Shown here: piece after piece, positions 16,202 through 25,621 of the stretch
How positions within the stretch are numbered: the first letter of the stretch is position 1
Layout of the letters: every line of letters starts with the position of its first letter
Source: a virus
Lineage: Duplodnaviria > Caudoviricetes
Reading direction: 5' to 3' (one strand)
IMG/VR virus record: IMGVR_UViG_3300034025_000045
Coordinates: 1-27,992 of that record
Length of the DNA: 27,992 nucleotides
The notes under the pieces: model-generated
Seen by the model: the letters and a program-made list of their open reading frames with translations, nothing else
Databases searched by the model: none
What the model was told of the DNA's origin: nothing
Made by a program: the position numbers and the translations under genes

Positions 16202-16215
16202 TCCGGCGGCTTTTT
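16191..16215 (+). terminator. tR1-like terminator after cro
   Basis: Imperfect GC hairpin (AAGCC...GGCTT) followed by TTTTT. Confidence 0.5.
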
Positions 16216-16299
16216 GTTTGCCCAAAAAGTTGCCCACAGTCCATTTATTAGCAGCACCTGAACCAATCCTCGTAATCCGCACCACCAAGGAGAAATACC

Positions 16300-16569
16300 G
16301 TGAAGAACCTCAACCCAGCAATTGCCGCCGCTGCACTCGCCCAACTCGACGACGGACCGCGTGACGAAATCACCCGCGTTCGGACCACGAAGAAGCTCAA
16401 GGAAGCGTTTGCCAAGTGCTCAGCCGCCAAGGGCTTGCCCAGTGCGACCCATGCCTACCTGCTCATGAAGCGTGAAGTGAGCGCCCATGTTAGGCGGCGC
16501 GGTGCGGCTGGTACAGGGGCCAGCCAGAGGCCAGTTGCTCGCCCGATGCCGATCCGGAGGAATCTTTAA
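16300..16569 (+). CDS. Probable ribbon-helix-helix regulator in the cII position
   Basis: AAGGAG RBS, GTG start. ITRVRT beta-strand followed by two helices. Confidence 0.55.
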   Translation: MKNLNPAIAAAALAQLDDGPRDEITRVRTTKKLKEAFAKCSAAKGLPSATHAYLLMKREVSAHVRRRGAAGTGASQRPVARPMPIRRNL

Positions 16570-16597
16570 TGGCTTCCGACTGCGCAGCGAGCAGACG

Positions 16598-16624
16598 AAA
16601 AAATAGCCCGGTGTGGAGCCGGGC
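16598..16624 (-). terminator. Minus-strand terminator-like hairpin
   Basis: A-run followed by GCCCGG-N7-CCGGGC. Confidence 0.5.
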
Positions 16625-16642
16625 CGAGAAAGGACTGAATTG

Positions 16643-16837
16643 ATGACTGAATTATCACCCGAAAGCACTGCGGCGACAAAGGTTATCGCCAAGGCCTGTC
16701 ACTGGTACGATCGGCGCCAGGCCGTGCAGACCGCATCACGCGACCAAAAGGCGCGCGCAGTAGGCCGGTACGAACAGAGCGGAAACGAGCTGGCCGAGGC
16801 CGTCGAGAAATACCGCAAGTCTGGTGCGCAGCCATGA
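16643..16837 (+). CDS. Small hypothetical protein
   Basis: AAAGGA RBS, ATGA overlap downstream. Confidence 0.6.
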   Translation: MTELSPESTAATKVIAKACHWYDRRQAVQTASRDQKARAVGRYEQSGNELAEAVEKYRKSGAQP

Positions 16838-17118
16838 CGACCAACATCCTTTCCCCCAGCTGGACGGGCGACACTGCCGCGCCCATCGATCCCGACACCA
16901 TCCGCATCAAGGCCGTCCAGGCGCCGATCTTCGGCGAATGCGACGGCTGCCACTTCATGGGCCAGCGCGCGAGCGTCTGCTTCCGTGCTGCCTCGATCGC
17001 TGTCGCCGCTGGTGACCCTGACTGCGACCACGTGCTCATCGCGCCGAAGCGCACGGTGATCTACGTGCTCGATAAATCGGACCCCCGCCAGATTCCCCTG
17101 ATTGAGAAGGGACACTGA
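16834..17118 (+). CDS. Small Cys-containing hypothetical protein
   Basis: CDGC...C...C motif, operonic overlap. Confidence 0.6.
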   Translation: MTTNILSPSWTGDTAAPIDPDTIRIKAVQAPIFGECDGCHFMGQRASVCFRAASIAVAAGDPDCDHVLIAPKRTVIYVLDKSDPRQIPLIEKGH

Positions 17119-17120
17119 CG

Positions 17121-17972
17121 ATGGCACGCGCACGCAACATCAAACCCGGCTTCTTCAGCAACGAAGAGCTGGTCGAACTTCCCTTCTCCACCCGCCTGCT
17201 GTTCATCGGCCTGTGGACCCTGGCCGATCGCGAGGGCCGCCTCGAGGACAAGCCGAAGCGCATCAAGATGAACCTTTTCCCGGCCGACAGCGTAGACGTC
17301 GACGCTGGCCTGAATGAACTCCAGGCTTCCGGCTTTCTCACACGGTACGAGGTTGATGGCGAACGCTTTATTCAGGTGCTCGCATTCAGGAAACACCAGA
17401 ATCCGCACAGGGACGAGAAGGCTAGCCTCATACCGCCAGTAGGCGGGCACAGTGCAAGCACGGTGCAAGCACCAGAGTCCAATGGTGGCAATCCGGCTGA
17501 TTCTCTGATTCCTGATCCCCTACCACTGAATCCTGATTCACCGATCCCCAGCGAGCAAGCCGCGCGCGCTGATCTGCCGACCGCCGTTCAGCTGAGCATC
17601 GCCTTCAACGCGGCCGGCATCAAGGCGCAGCCTGCTGACCCTCGCCTGATCGCCCTTGCCGACCAGGGTGTGACCGTCCAGACCGTAACGGCCGCATGCA
17701 CCGAGGCGAGGACTGCCAAGCCGAACGAGAGTATCGGCCTGGGCTATGTGGTCGCCATCCTGACCCGCTGGGCTGCCGACGCTTCGAAGGTACAGGCCGG
17801 CGGCGCCGCTGCGCCAGGTGATCGGCGCTCTGCCCCGCGCAGTACCGGCGGCCAGTCGCAGAAATTCCACTTCGAGGGTGTGGACCGCTCTGCCGACGTG
17901 GCGGCGATGCATGCCGGCCTGGAGCGCATGGGCGTGACGGCTGCCGACCTTGACGACGACAGCCCACTGTGA
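17121..17972 (+). CDS. Phage replication initiator
   Basis: MARARNIKPGFF...LLFIGLWTLADREGRL N-terminal domain, low-complexity repeat linker, directly upstream of a DnaC-like ATPase. Confidence 0.8.
   Translation: MARARNIKPGFFSNEELVELPFSTRLLFIGLWTLADREGRLEDKPKRIKMNLFPADSVDVDAGLNELQASGFLTRYEVDGERFIQVLAFRKHQNPHRDEKASLIPPVGGHSASTVQAPESNGGNPADSLIPDPLPLNPDSPIPSEQAARADLPTAVQLSIAFNAAGIKAQPADPRLIALADQGVTVQTVTAACTEARTAKPNESIGLGYVVAILTRWAADASKVQAGGAAAPGDRRSAPRSTGGQSQKFHFEGVDRSADVAAMHAGLERMGVTAADLDDDSPL
17447..17547. repeat. Candidate origin iterons inside the initiator gene
   Basis: GCACAGTGCAA-GCACGGTGCAA-GCACC tandem (17447-17473) followed by several CTGA(T/A) repeats (about 17497-17547). Confidence 0.5.
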
Positions 17973-17983
17973 CGGAGACGACC

Positions 17984-18775
17984 ATGGAACCCATTCAAAA
18001 CCTGATCTCCGGCCTGGCAGGCATGCACATGCTGGCCGGCACTTGCGAGCAGCACGGAGCCGCCGACGTCCTGGTGCGCAAGGGCGCAGCCTGGCACTGC
18101 CCGCGCTGCCTCGATACCTTGCTTGCCACCGAAGCGCGTGATGGCTGGATGGCCGAGCGTGCCGCCGCGCTGATGAACGCCGCGACGATCCCGAAGAAGT
18201 ACGTGGATCAGAAGTTCATCGCCAGCACGCCGGACCAGAAGACGGTGCGCCACACGACGCGCCTATTCCGCGACTTCATCCTAGGCGAGCCGGCCTGGGC
18301 ATCGTTGATCCTCTCCGGCACCACCGGCACCGGGAAAACGCTGCTGGCCTGCGACCTGGCCCAATCGCTCATCAAAAACGCCGTGCGCTCGATCCGCTAC
18401 ATCACGGCGAACGGGATGATCAGCGAGATTCAGGCCAGCTACAGCGACGAGCGGAAGAGCCAAGAGGGCGAAATCCTGCGCTTCCTGCAGTACGACGTGC
18501 TGATCCTCGACGAGATCGACGCCAAGCCGGACCGCGAGAACGCCAACCTGCTGCTGACCGAGGTGATCAACCGCCGGTACAACGAGAACAAGCCCGTTAT
18601 CGCGATCAGCAATCAGCCGCTGGCCGACCTGGCGAAGTTCGTCGGGGACCGCGTGCATAGCCGACTCCACGAAAACGCGTTCATCTGCGCGTTCACCTGG
18701 GCCGATGCGCGCAAGGCTGGTGGCAGTCAGCCGAGCGCCCAAGTCCACCACCTCAGCGACGCGAGGCGCCCATGA
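17984..18775 (+). CDS. DnaC/IstB-like helicase loader ATPase
   Basis: Zn motif CEQHG...CPRC, Walker A GTTGTGKT, Walker B LILDEID, INRRY, ISN, DRV.SRL. GGAG RBS before ATG 17984 (alternative GTG at 17969). Confidence 0.9.
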   Translation: MEPIQNLISGLAGMHMLAGTCEQHGAADVLVRKGAAWHCPRCLDTLLATEARDGWMAERAAALMNAATIPKKYVDQKFIASTPDQKTVRHTTRLFRDFILGEPAWASLILSGTTGTGKTLLACDLAQSLIKNAVRSIRYITANGMISEIQASYSDERKSQEGEILRFLQYDVLILDEIDAKPDRENANLLLTEVINRRYNENKPVIAISNQPLADLAKFVGDRVHSRLHENAFICAFTWADARKAGGSQPSAQVHHLSDARRP

Positions 18776-18954
18776 GCTTACAGATCGAGCTGGAAGCCGC
18801 CGCGCGCTTCCCAGTGAACACCACCGCCGGCCGCGACGACAAGGCCTGGGCCAAACGCATCCTGTACCGCGAAGAGCATGGCGACAAGTCGCTGATGTCG
18901 ATCCAGGTACGGTTCGCGCGCGAGGCCATGGGCCGGACCCCGGAGGCATCATGA
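18772..18954 (+). CDS. Small hypothetical protein
   Basis: ATGA overlaps at both ends. Confidence 0.6.
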   Translation: MSLQIELEAAARFPVNTTAGRDDKAWAKRILYREEHGDKSLMSIQVRFAREAMGRTPEAS

Positions 18955-19553
18955 TCCGATCCCCGATCGCCCGCACCGGCATGCTCAAGCCGGCCCGCAC
19001 ACGCAAGTGCGCCGTCAAAGGCTGCGCCAACCGCTTCCAGCCGCGGAACATGATGCACAAGGTGTGCGGCGCCGAGTGTGCAGCCGTGCATGCCGTCGCC
19101 GAGCGGAAGCGCCTGGCAGCGCGCCAGGACCGCGAACTCAAGGTTGAGCGCATGGATCGCGGCGCCTGGCTCGAAGCCGCGCAGAAAGCGTTCAACGCAT
19201 TCATCCGGTTCCGCGACCGCGATCAGCCCTGCATCTGCTGCGGCAAGTTCTTCGACGAGAAGGACCGACTCACCGGCGGCCAGTGGGATGCCGGCCACTA
19301 CCTGAGCCGCGGCAGCGCGCCCCATCTGCGCTTCGTCGAGCTGAACGTCCACAAGCAGCTGAAGGGCCACAACAGGCCGGGCGGCACCACGCGGGCAGCG
19401 TTCCGCGAAGGGATGATCGAGCGCATCGGGCTCGCCGCCGTCGAGGCTCTGGAGGCGGACCAGGCGCCGCGCATGTACACGATCGACGACCTCAAGCGGA
19501 TCAAGGCCGAGTACTCGGCCAAGCTCAAACAACTGAAGAAGGAGGCAGCGTAA
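18951..19553 (+). CDS. ninG: NinG/Rap-family recombination endonuclease
   Basis: AQKAFNAFIRFRD, PCICCG, WDAGHYLSRG, LRF.E.NVH.Q motifs. Confidence 0.9.
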   Translation: MIRSPIARTGMLKPARTRKCAVKGCANRFQPRNMMHKVCGAECAAVHAVAERKRLAARQDRELKVERMDRGAWLEAAQKAFNAFIRFRDRDQPCICCGKFFDEKDRLTGGQWDAGHYLSRGSAPHLRFVELNVHKQLKGHNRPGGTTRAAFREGMIERIGLAAVEALEADQAPRMYTIDDLKRIKAEYSAKLKQLKKEAA

Positions 19554-20140
19554 TGGCAAAGAATAAAGTCGCTGAAAGGCAGATGGGCCGCATCCTCGCC
19601 GCAATCGCGAAAGAGCCGCTCACAGGGCAGCAGTTGTCCGCCCGCCTCTACCTGGCGCAAACGTCGGTCGATCGCTTCATGCGGCGCCTGCTGGACGAGA
19701 AGCCACGCCGCCTGCACATCTGCGGCCATTACGAGAAGGGTCTCAAGACGCCGGCGCGCATCTTTAAGGCCGGGCCGGGCAAGGATGCCGTCTACGTGCT
19801 CAAGCGGAAGCGCCCGCGCCCCAAGAAGGCCGACGGGCGCCGCGCGCGCATCCTGACGCTGCTGGCACTGCCGCAAACCGCCGCGCAGCTGGCCGAGCGC
19901 CTCGAGATGAGCCGTAGCCGCGTCACGGTTTACCTCAGGGACTTGCGCCAGGCGGAGAAGATCCACATCACCGGCTCGATTCCGCCAGCTGGAACCGGAA
20001 TACCGGCCCCGGTCTACGCGCTCGGCAACCTGCCCGACAAACCGATCTCGAGGCGCGCCCGCCCGCGTGTCGCAATCCATCCGACGCCTTGCGCGCTGTG
20101 GGCGCCGATGGTCCACGCACTGGCCGGGAGCCAGCCATGA
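19553..20140 (+). CDS. Protein with two tandem winged-HTH domains
   Basis: GGAGG RBS. Two similar repeats: RIL...PLTGQQLSARL...LHI.G and RIL...PQTAAQLAERL...IHITG. Confidence 0.75.
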   Translation: MAKNKVAERQMGRILAAIAKEPLTGQQLSARLYLAQTSVDRFMRRLLDEKPRRLHICGHYEKGLKTPARIFKAGPGKDAVYVLKRKRPRPKKADGRRARILTLLALPQTAAQLAERLEMSRSRVTVYLRDLRQAEKIHITGSIPPAGTGIPAPVYALGNLPDKPISRRARPRVAIHPTPCALWAPMVHALAGSQP

Positions 20141-20475
20141 CCCTGAACTCGACGGCAGCTGCCCGACCTTCACGGGATGAGGCGCGCCGGGCAACCGACG
20201 CCCTCAAGTCCGCGCTCCTGATCGAGTTGGCGCCGAAGCAGCGCACCACCCAGCAGCTTACCGCGCTCTTGGGGGCTGATCGCCAAGTGGTCTACCGCGC
20301 GCTGCTCGCGCTCCAGGTGGAGGGCAAGGTGACCAGCTTCAAGGACCGCCGCAAGTCCGCACTAGGCGATGCCGGCCTTGTGTGGTCCCTGTCCGGGCCA
20401 AAGCCTATCGAGGTCCCGCCAAAGGACCCGCTGCTGTGGGCAGTGTTCGGTACTTGGCAAAGGCCCAGCGCATGA
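20137..20475 (+). CDS. Winged-HTH protein
   Basis: TTQQLTALLGADRQVVYRALLALQVEGKV wHTH pattern, ATGA overlap. Confidence 0.7.
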   Translation: MTLNSTAAARPSRDEARRATDALKSALLIELAPKQRTTQQLTALLGADRQVVYRALLALQVEGKVTSFKDRRKSALGDAGLVWSLSGPKPIEVPPKDPLLWAVFGTWQRPSA

Positions 20476-20663
20476 CCGATGACGAAAAGGCTGCCGCTGA
20501 CCGCGCCATGCTCCGCGTCTGCTGGGGCATCTTCGACATCGACGGCAACTGGCGTCCGAACCCATGGCTTCGAATGACCGCCGACGAGCAGCGGCAGCAG
20601 AACATCGCGGCCGGCCTCATGACCGAGGACGGGAAGCGGATTAGGCTTTCGCTGGATAAATGA
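20472..20663 (+). CDS. Small hypothetical protein
   Basis: ATGA overlap, 63 aa. Confidence 0.5.
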   Translation: MTDDEKAAADRAMLRVCWGIFDIDGNWRPNPWLRMTADEQRQQNIAAGLMTEDGKRIRLSLDK

Positions 20664-20702
20664 TCAGTGGCATCATGACGGTTATTTCCCACGAGAACTG
20701 AT

Positions 20703-21236
20703 ATGGCGAAGAAGAAGCCAGCCGAAGTGCCGCCCGAGTCACCGAAGCCACCGGGGCCGCCGACCACGTTCACGCAGCAGATCGCAGATTTGATCTGTGA
20801 AGCGCTCGCCGAGGGTCACAGCCTGCGCTCTATCTGTGCTGCCGACGATATGCCGTCAAAGTCCACCGTGTTTAAGTGGCTGAGCGAGCAGCCGGCATTC
20901 TCGGACCAGTACGCGCGCGCACGCGAGGCACAGGCCGACTGCCTGTTCGACGACATCCTGGAGATCGCGGACGATGGCCGAAACGACAAGTACGCCGACG
21001 ACAACGGGCATACTCGCACCGATTACGACGTCATCGCGCGGTCGAAACTGCGCGTCGACGCACGCAAGTGGATGGCAGCGAAGCTCCGGCCACGCGTCTA
21101 TGGCGAGAAGCTGGCGATCGGCGGCGCTGCGGACCTGCCGCCGGTAGAGACGAAGGCGACGATCGATGTCGGCGCCCTGCCGACCGCCGTGCTGGCCGAG
21201 ATCATGAAAGCGAAAGATGCAGCTGAACGACCTTGA
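20703..21236 (+). CDS. terS: Terminase small subunit (Sf6-like)
   Basis: ICEALAEGHSLRSIC...MPSKSTVFKWL...YARARE...RSKLRVDARKWMAAKL.PR.YG signature. Confidence 0.9.
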   Translation: MAKKKPAEVPPESPKPPGPPTTFTQQIADLICEALAEGHSLRSICAADDMPSKSTVFKWLSEQPAFSDQYARAREAQADCLFDDILEIADDGRNDKYADDNGHTRTDYDVIARSKLRVDARKWMAAKLRPRVYGEKLAIGGAADLPPVETKATIDVGALPTAVLAEIMKAKDAAERP

Positions 21237-22677
21237 CCTGTTGAACGTCGAGCGTGAGCTTTGTAAGCGTTCCCTCGCGCACTTCGCCCAGCGTGCCTGG
21301 CACGTGCTGGAGCCGGCCGCCGAACTCAAATGGGGCTGGGCACTCGATGCGATCTGCCTGCACTTGGAAGCGGTCACGCACGGCCAGATCAAGCGCCTGC
21401 TGATGAACGTGCCCCCTGGGTCGATGAAATCGCTCCTGACCGGCGTCATCTGGCCGGCATGGGAATGGGGCCCGCGGGGTACGCCAGAAATGCGCTTCGT
21501 CGGGACCGCACACGAAGAGACGCTGGCGATCCGAGACAACCGCAAGTGCCGCGACCTGGTCAAGTCCGAGTGGTTCCAGAAGCTGTGGCCGCTCGAGATG
21601 GCGCGCGACCTGGACGGTAAGAAGGAATTCGGCAACGTGAACAAGGGCTTCCGCCAGGCGCGTGCCTTTACCTCGATGACCGGCGTGCGCGGCGATCGAG
21701 TGATCCTTGACGACCCGATCAGCGCCGACAATGCCAACTCGGCCGCAGCCCTGGAGGAAGCGCGCCTCGCCTTCACCGAAACCCTGCCCACTCGCGTCAA
21801 TTCCGACAAATCGGCAATTGTGGTGGTGATGCAGCGCTTGAACGAGAAGGACGTGTCAGGCGTCATCAAGGATATGGACTTGCCGTACACGCACCTGTGC
21901 ATCCCGATGCGCTTTGAGCCGGCGCGCCGCTGCACTACCTCGATCGGCTGGACGGACCCGCGCACCGAGGAAGGCGAGCTAATGTTCCCTGAGCGCTTTG
22001 GCGAGGACCAGGTGCAAGAGCTGGAGAAGACGCTCGGCTCCTACGGCACGGCCGGCCAGCTGCAGCAGCGCCCGGCCCCGCGCGGCGGCGGCATCATCAA
22101 GGAGGCGTGGTTCCGCTATTACACCGCCCTGCCCCAGCTCGAGTTCCGCACGATCCACGCCGACACCGCGCAGAAGACCGGCGAGGAGAACGACTACTCG
22201 GTGTTCCAGTGCTGGGGGCGGTCGACCGTCGGCCAGGCCGTGCTGATCGACCAGATCCGAGGGAAGTGGGAGGCGCCCGAGCTGCTGGTCCAGGCCCGCG
22301 CTTTCTGGCACAAGCACAAGGCCGCGCCGGGCGCGCCGCTGCGCGCGATGGTCGTCGAAGACAAGGTATCCGGCACGGGCCTGATCCAGACCCTGCGCCG
22401 CGAGGGTGTGGCGATCATCCCCGTGCAGCGCAGCAAGGACAAGCTGTCGCGCGGCTACGACGCGGCGCCTTTCATCGAAAGCGGCAACGTGCTGCTGCCG
22501 CAGGACGCGCCCTGGCTGTCCGACCTGCTGGCCGAGGCCTCGACGTTCCCTGGTGGCGCGCACGACGACCAACTGGACCCGATGTTCGATGCGATCACGA
22601 ACGTGCAGGTTGCGCCGGCGCCGCGCGCGCCGACGTCCACCCCGATCCCCATGGCCTCGCCGTTCCGCCGCCGGTAG
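21217..22677 (+). CDS. terL: Terminase large subunit
   Basis: NVPPGSMKS Walker A, ILDDP Walker B, MQRL, QLQQRP, RNaseH-like nuclease (ADTA, VEDK, HDDQLD). Confidence 0.95.
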   Translation: MQLNDLDLLNVERELCKRSLAHFAQRAWHVLEPAAELKWGWALDAICLHLEAVTHGQIKRLLMNVPPGSMKSLLTGVIWPAWEWGPRGTPEMRFVGTAHEETLAIRDNRKCRDLVKSEWFQKLWPLEMARDLDGKKEFGNVNKGFRQARAFTSMTGVRGDRVILDDPISADNANSAAALEEARLAFTETLPTRVNSDKSAIVVVMQRLNEKDVSGVIKDMDLPYTHLCIPMRFEPARRCTTSIGWTDPRTEEGELMFPERFGEDQVQELEKTLGSYGTAGQLQQRPAPRGGGIIKEAWFRYYTALPQLEFRTIHADTAQKTGEENDYSVFQCWGRSTVGQAVLIDQIRGKWEAPELLVQARAFWHKHKAAPGAPLRAMVVEDKVSGTGLIQTLRREGVAIIPVQRSKDKLSRGYDAAPFIESGNVLLPQDAPWLSDLLAEASTFPGGAHDDQLDPMFDAITNVQVAPAPRAPTSTPIPMASPFRRR

Positions 22678-22703
22678 AATGCCGGGATGACAACGGAGGG
22701 AAG

Positions 22704-23075
22704 ATGATCGACGACGATGACGACTACGTGGACGAGCTGCCGGCGCCGCCGCGAAAGAGCATCTCGAAGGCCGACCGCGAGCTGCTGGAACTGGCGGCGC
22801 GCGCCCTGGGCGCCGTGCGTTTCGAAGAGGCCGAGGGCGAAGGATATGCGAACCTGTACTTCGCTGACGGTCACGTCGAGTTCAGCTGGAATCCGCTGCG
22901 GTTCAGCGGCGATGCACTCGAGCTGGCGGTGCGGCTGCGCATAGACATCGGCTGGCAAAATGGTCCAACCGTGTTTGCAGATGGCTTTTATTCGGAACCA
23001 GCGCAGAACGATCCGCTTATCGCGACTTGCCGCGCTATCGTCCGCGCCGCCGCCGAGACCGGCAAGGCCAATTGA
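22704..23075 (+). CDS. Moron-like protein with WNPL..SGDALELA motif (phage ABA-sandwich / NinX-like)
   Basis: GGAGG RBS. TAGAAT -10-like hexamer at 22675-22680. C-terminal CRAIVRAAA motif. Confidence 0.65.
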   Translation: MIDDDDDYVDELPAPPRKSISKADRELLELAARALGAVRFEEAEGEGYANLYFADGHVEFSWNPLRFSGDALELAVRLRIDIGWQNGPTVFADGFYSEPAQNDPLIATCRAIVRAAAETGKAN

Positions 23076-23107
23076 TGGCCCTGCCAATCAGGCGGAGGTG
23101 ACAGTGC

Positions 23108-23377
23108 TCAGCTTTTGGGCACGTAACTCAGCGCATCGGCATACTTCGGATCAAGATTGAGGTTCTGGATCTTGCGGCTCACCGCGATTATATCCATGTA
23201 AGCGATCCCGATAAGTCTGTCCATGTCCCCGTTCTCTTTTTCCCATTCGATCATCTTTTCTTCAATTTGCGGATCGTCACGAAGTTGTCGCCTCGCTCGG
23301 TCCCGGCCGAAATTTAGGTAACTACGAGCGAGGTTGTTTACCTCAGCCGCCAACAACAAGTTTAAATTTTGTTCCAC
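23108..23377 (-). CDS. Antisense AT-rich moron gene, hypothetical
   Basis: AGGA RBS, GTG start, AT-rich upstream region with a TAACAT -10-like hexamer, opposite to the late operon. Confidence 0.6.
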   Translation of the reverse strand: MEQNLNLLLAAEVNNLARSYLNFGRDRARRQLRDDPQIEEKMIEWEKENGDMDRLIGIAYMDIIAVSRKIQNLNLDPKYADALSYVPKS

Positions 23378-23527
23378 GAGTTTTCCTAATGTGATGTTAG
23401 AACTACAAGCCTACCGTAAACGATGTTCCACTGTTGAGTGATTAAATACAGTTCGTCTGATTCTATTTCCGGCCCGCAATTCATAGCTGTAGACTATCGG
23501 AAACTTTTTATCCGAAAGAACTCAGCT

Positions 23528-25621
23528 ATGAGCCGACCGTCCAACGAACAGCGCCTCGCCGCGAAGCACGCGTTCTTCCTCTCCGACTACGACAAGATCC
23601 AGAGCGCTACCCGCGAGGTGCGCGTCCAGTGCCTGGCCGACCGCCGCTTCTGCTGGATTCCTGGCGCGCAGTGGGAAGGCGCGGTCGGCGAGCAGTTCGA
23701 GAACAAGCCGCGCTTCGAGTTCAACAAGGTCGCGCTCGCGGTCCTGCGGGTAATCAACGAATATCGCAACAACCGGATCACGGTCGACTTCGTTGCCAAG
23801 GACGGCAGCGGCGCCGACGACCTAGCCGACACGATGGACGGCCTGTTCCGCGCCGACGAGCAGGACAGCGGCGGCCAGGACGGTTACGACAACTGCTTCG
23901 AGGAAGGCACGACCGGCGGCATGGGCGCGATCCGCCTGCAGGCCCGGTACGAGGACGACAGCGACGACGAGGACACCCGTCAGCGTATCTCCATCAAGCC
24001 GATCCACGAGGCCGACAGCACCGTGTTTTTCTCGCTCGACGGCAAGGAGTTCGACAAGTCGGACGCGAAGCGCTGCTACGTCCTGAACAGCATGGCGCCC
24101 GCCGACTACGAGGAAGAATGGGGCGACAACTCGACGACTTGGCCGAAGGACATCACCCAGGCCTCATTCGACTGGTGCACGCCGGACGTCGTGTGGGTCG
24201 CCGAGGTCTACGAGATCGAGGAAAAGACCGAGCTGGTTCACTTCTTCCGTGGCCTGGCCCTGGGCGACGACGAGCCGGACGAAATGGAGGTGGCCGACAA
24301 GGAACTCCAGGACGACCCGAACAAGCAGGCCGAGCTCGAGGCCCGCGGCTTCCGCAAGATGCGCGAGAAGCGCCGCAAGGTGCGCAAGGTCCACAAGTAC
24401 ATCATGAGCGGCGGCCGGATCCTGTCCGACGAGGGCTACATCGCCGGCACGTGCATCCCGATCGTGCCGTTCTACGGCAAGCGCATGTTCATCGACGGCA
24501 TCGAGCGTTATCAGGGCCACGTGCGCCTGGCGCGCGACGCGCAGGTCCTGGACAACATGATCAAGTCGTGGCTGGCCGAAATGGCATCACGCTTCGACAT
24601 CGAAAAGCCGGTCGTGACGCCTGAGATGATCGCCGGCCATGCGCAGATGTGGGCCGACGACGCGATCCAGAAATACCCGTACCTGCTGCTCAACTCGCTG
24701 ACCGATCCGCAGGGCGGCCCGTCGCAGCTCCCTGTGCTCCAGTACACGAAGGCGCCGAACATGCCGCCTGCAATGGCCGCCCTCGCCCAGCTGGCCGCCA
24801 CCGCCCTCGAAGACATGCTCGGCAACCAGGCCGCCGGCGAGCAGCTGCAGCCGAACCAGTCGGGCAAGGCCGTCGAGCTGATCCAGCAGCGTCTGGACAT
24901 GCAGACCTTCATCTACATCGACAACTTCAAAAAGACGATCAAGCGCGTCGGCGAAGTGTGGCAATCGATGGCGAAGGAGCTGCTCGTCGAGCCCGGCCGC
25001 AAAATGAAGACCGTCAGCCAGGCCGACCAGACCGGCACGATCGAGCTGCTCAAGCCGATGATCGACGAGGAAAGCGGCGCGAGCTACCTGTCCAACGACC
25101 TTTCACGCGCCAAGTTCGACGTTGTGCCGGACGTCGGCCCGTCCTCGATCAGCCGCAAGGCAGCTACCGTGCGCGGCCTGATCAACATCCTGCAGATGGT
25201 CGTCGACCCGCAGGACCAGAAGATCATCACCTCGCAAATCATGATGAACATGGAAGGCGAAGGCATGGGCGACATGCGCGCCTACTACCGCCAGCAGCTG
25301 GTGCGCATGGGTGTCATCGAGCCGAACGAAGAAGAGAAGAAGGCGCTGGCCGCCGAGCAGCAGAACCAGAAGCCTGACCCGCAGGCGGAATACCTGCAGG
25401 CGGCCGCCGCGAAGGCCCAGGCCGACGCCGACAGCGCACGCAAGAACGGCGTGCTGACCGACGCGAAGGTCGCGCTGGCGCACGCCGACACGATCGCCAC
25501 CCTAGCCGGCGTCGAGCAGGGCCGCGAGGCGCATGCGTTCGATCTGGCGATGAAGCTGGACCAGGCAACGCAGCCGGCGGCGCAGGATCAGCCCCAGGCC
25601 ACGCCGGAGATGCCGCAATGA
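23528..25621 (+). CDS. Portal protein (P22 gp1-like)
   Basis: About 697 aa from MSRPSNEQ. G.QW, PRFEFNKV, IPIVPFYG, GHVR.ARDAQ, FDV..DVGPS motifs and a Gln/Ala-rich C-terminal helix. Confidence 0.92.
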   Translation: MSRPSNEQRLAAKHAFFLSDYDKIQSATREVRVQCLADRRFCWIPGAQWEGAVGEQFENKPRFEFNKVALAVLRVINEYRNNRITVDFVAKDGSGADDLADTMDGLFRADEQDSGGQDGYDNCFEEGTTGGMGAIRLQARYEDDSDDEDTRQRISIKPIHEADSTVFFSLDGKEFDKSDAKRCYVLNSMAPADYEEEWGDNSTTWPKDITQASFDWCTPDVVWVAEVYEIEEKTELVHFFRGLALGDDEPDEMEVADKELQDDPNKQAELEARGFRKMREKRRKVRKVHKYIMSGGRILSDEGYIAGTCIPIVPFYGKRMFIDGIERYQGHVRLARDAQVLDNMIKSWLAEMASRFDIEKPVVTPEMIAGHAQMWADDAIQKYPYLLLNSLTDPQGGPSQLPVLQYTKAPNMPPAMAALAQLAATALEDMLGNQAAGEQLQPNQSGKAVELIQQRLDMQTFIYIDNFKKTIKRVGEVWQSMAKELLVEPGRKMKTVSQADQTGTIELLKPMIDEESGASYLSNDLSRAKFDVVPDVGPSSISRKAATVRGLINILQMVVDPQDQKIITSQIMMNMEGEGMGDMRAYYRQQLVRMGVIEPNEEEKKALAAEQQNQKPDPQAEYLQAAAAKAQADADSARKNGVLTDAKVALAHADTIATLAGVEQGREAHAFDLAMKLDQATQPAAQDQPQATPEMPQ

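Noticed and set aside
20137-20475. Z-alpha (Z-DNA binding) domain resemblance
   Set aside because: The wHTH has a wing Trp, but the key Asn and Tyr of the recognition helix align to Tyr and Leu. A generic wHTH is more likely.
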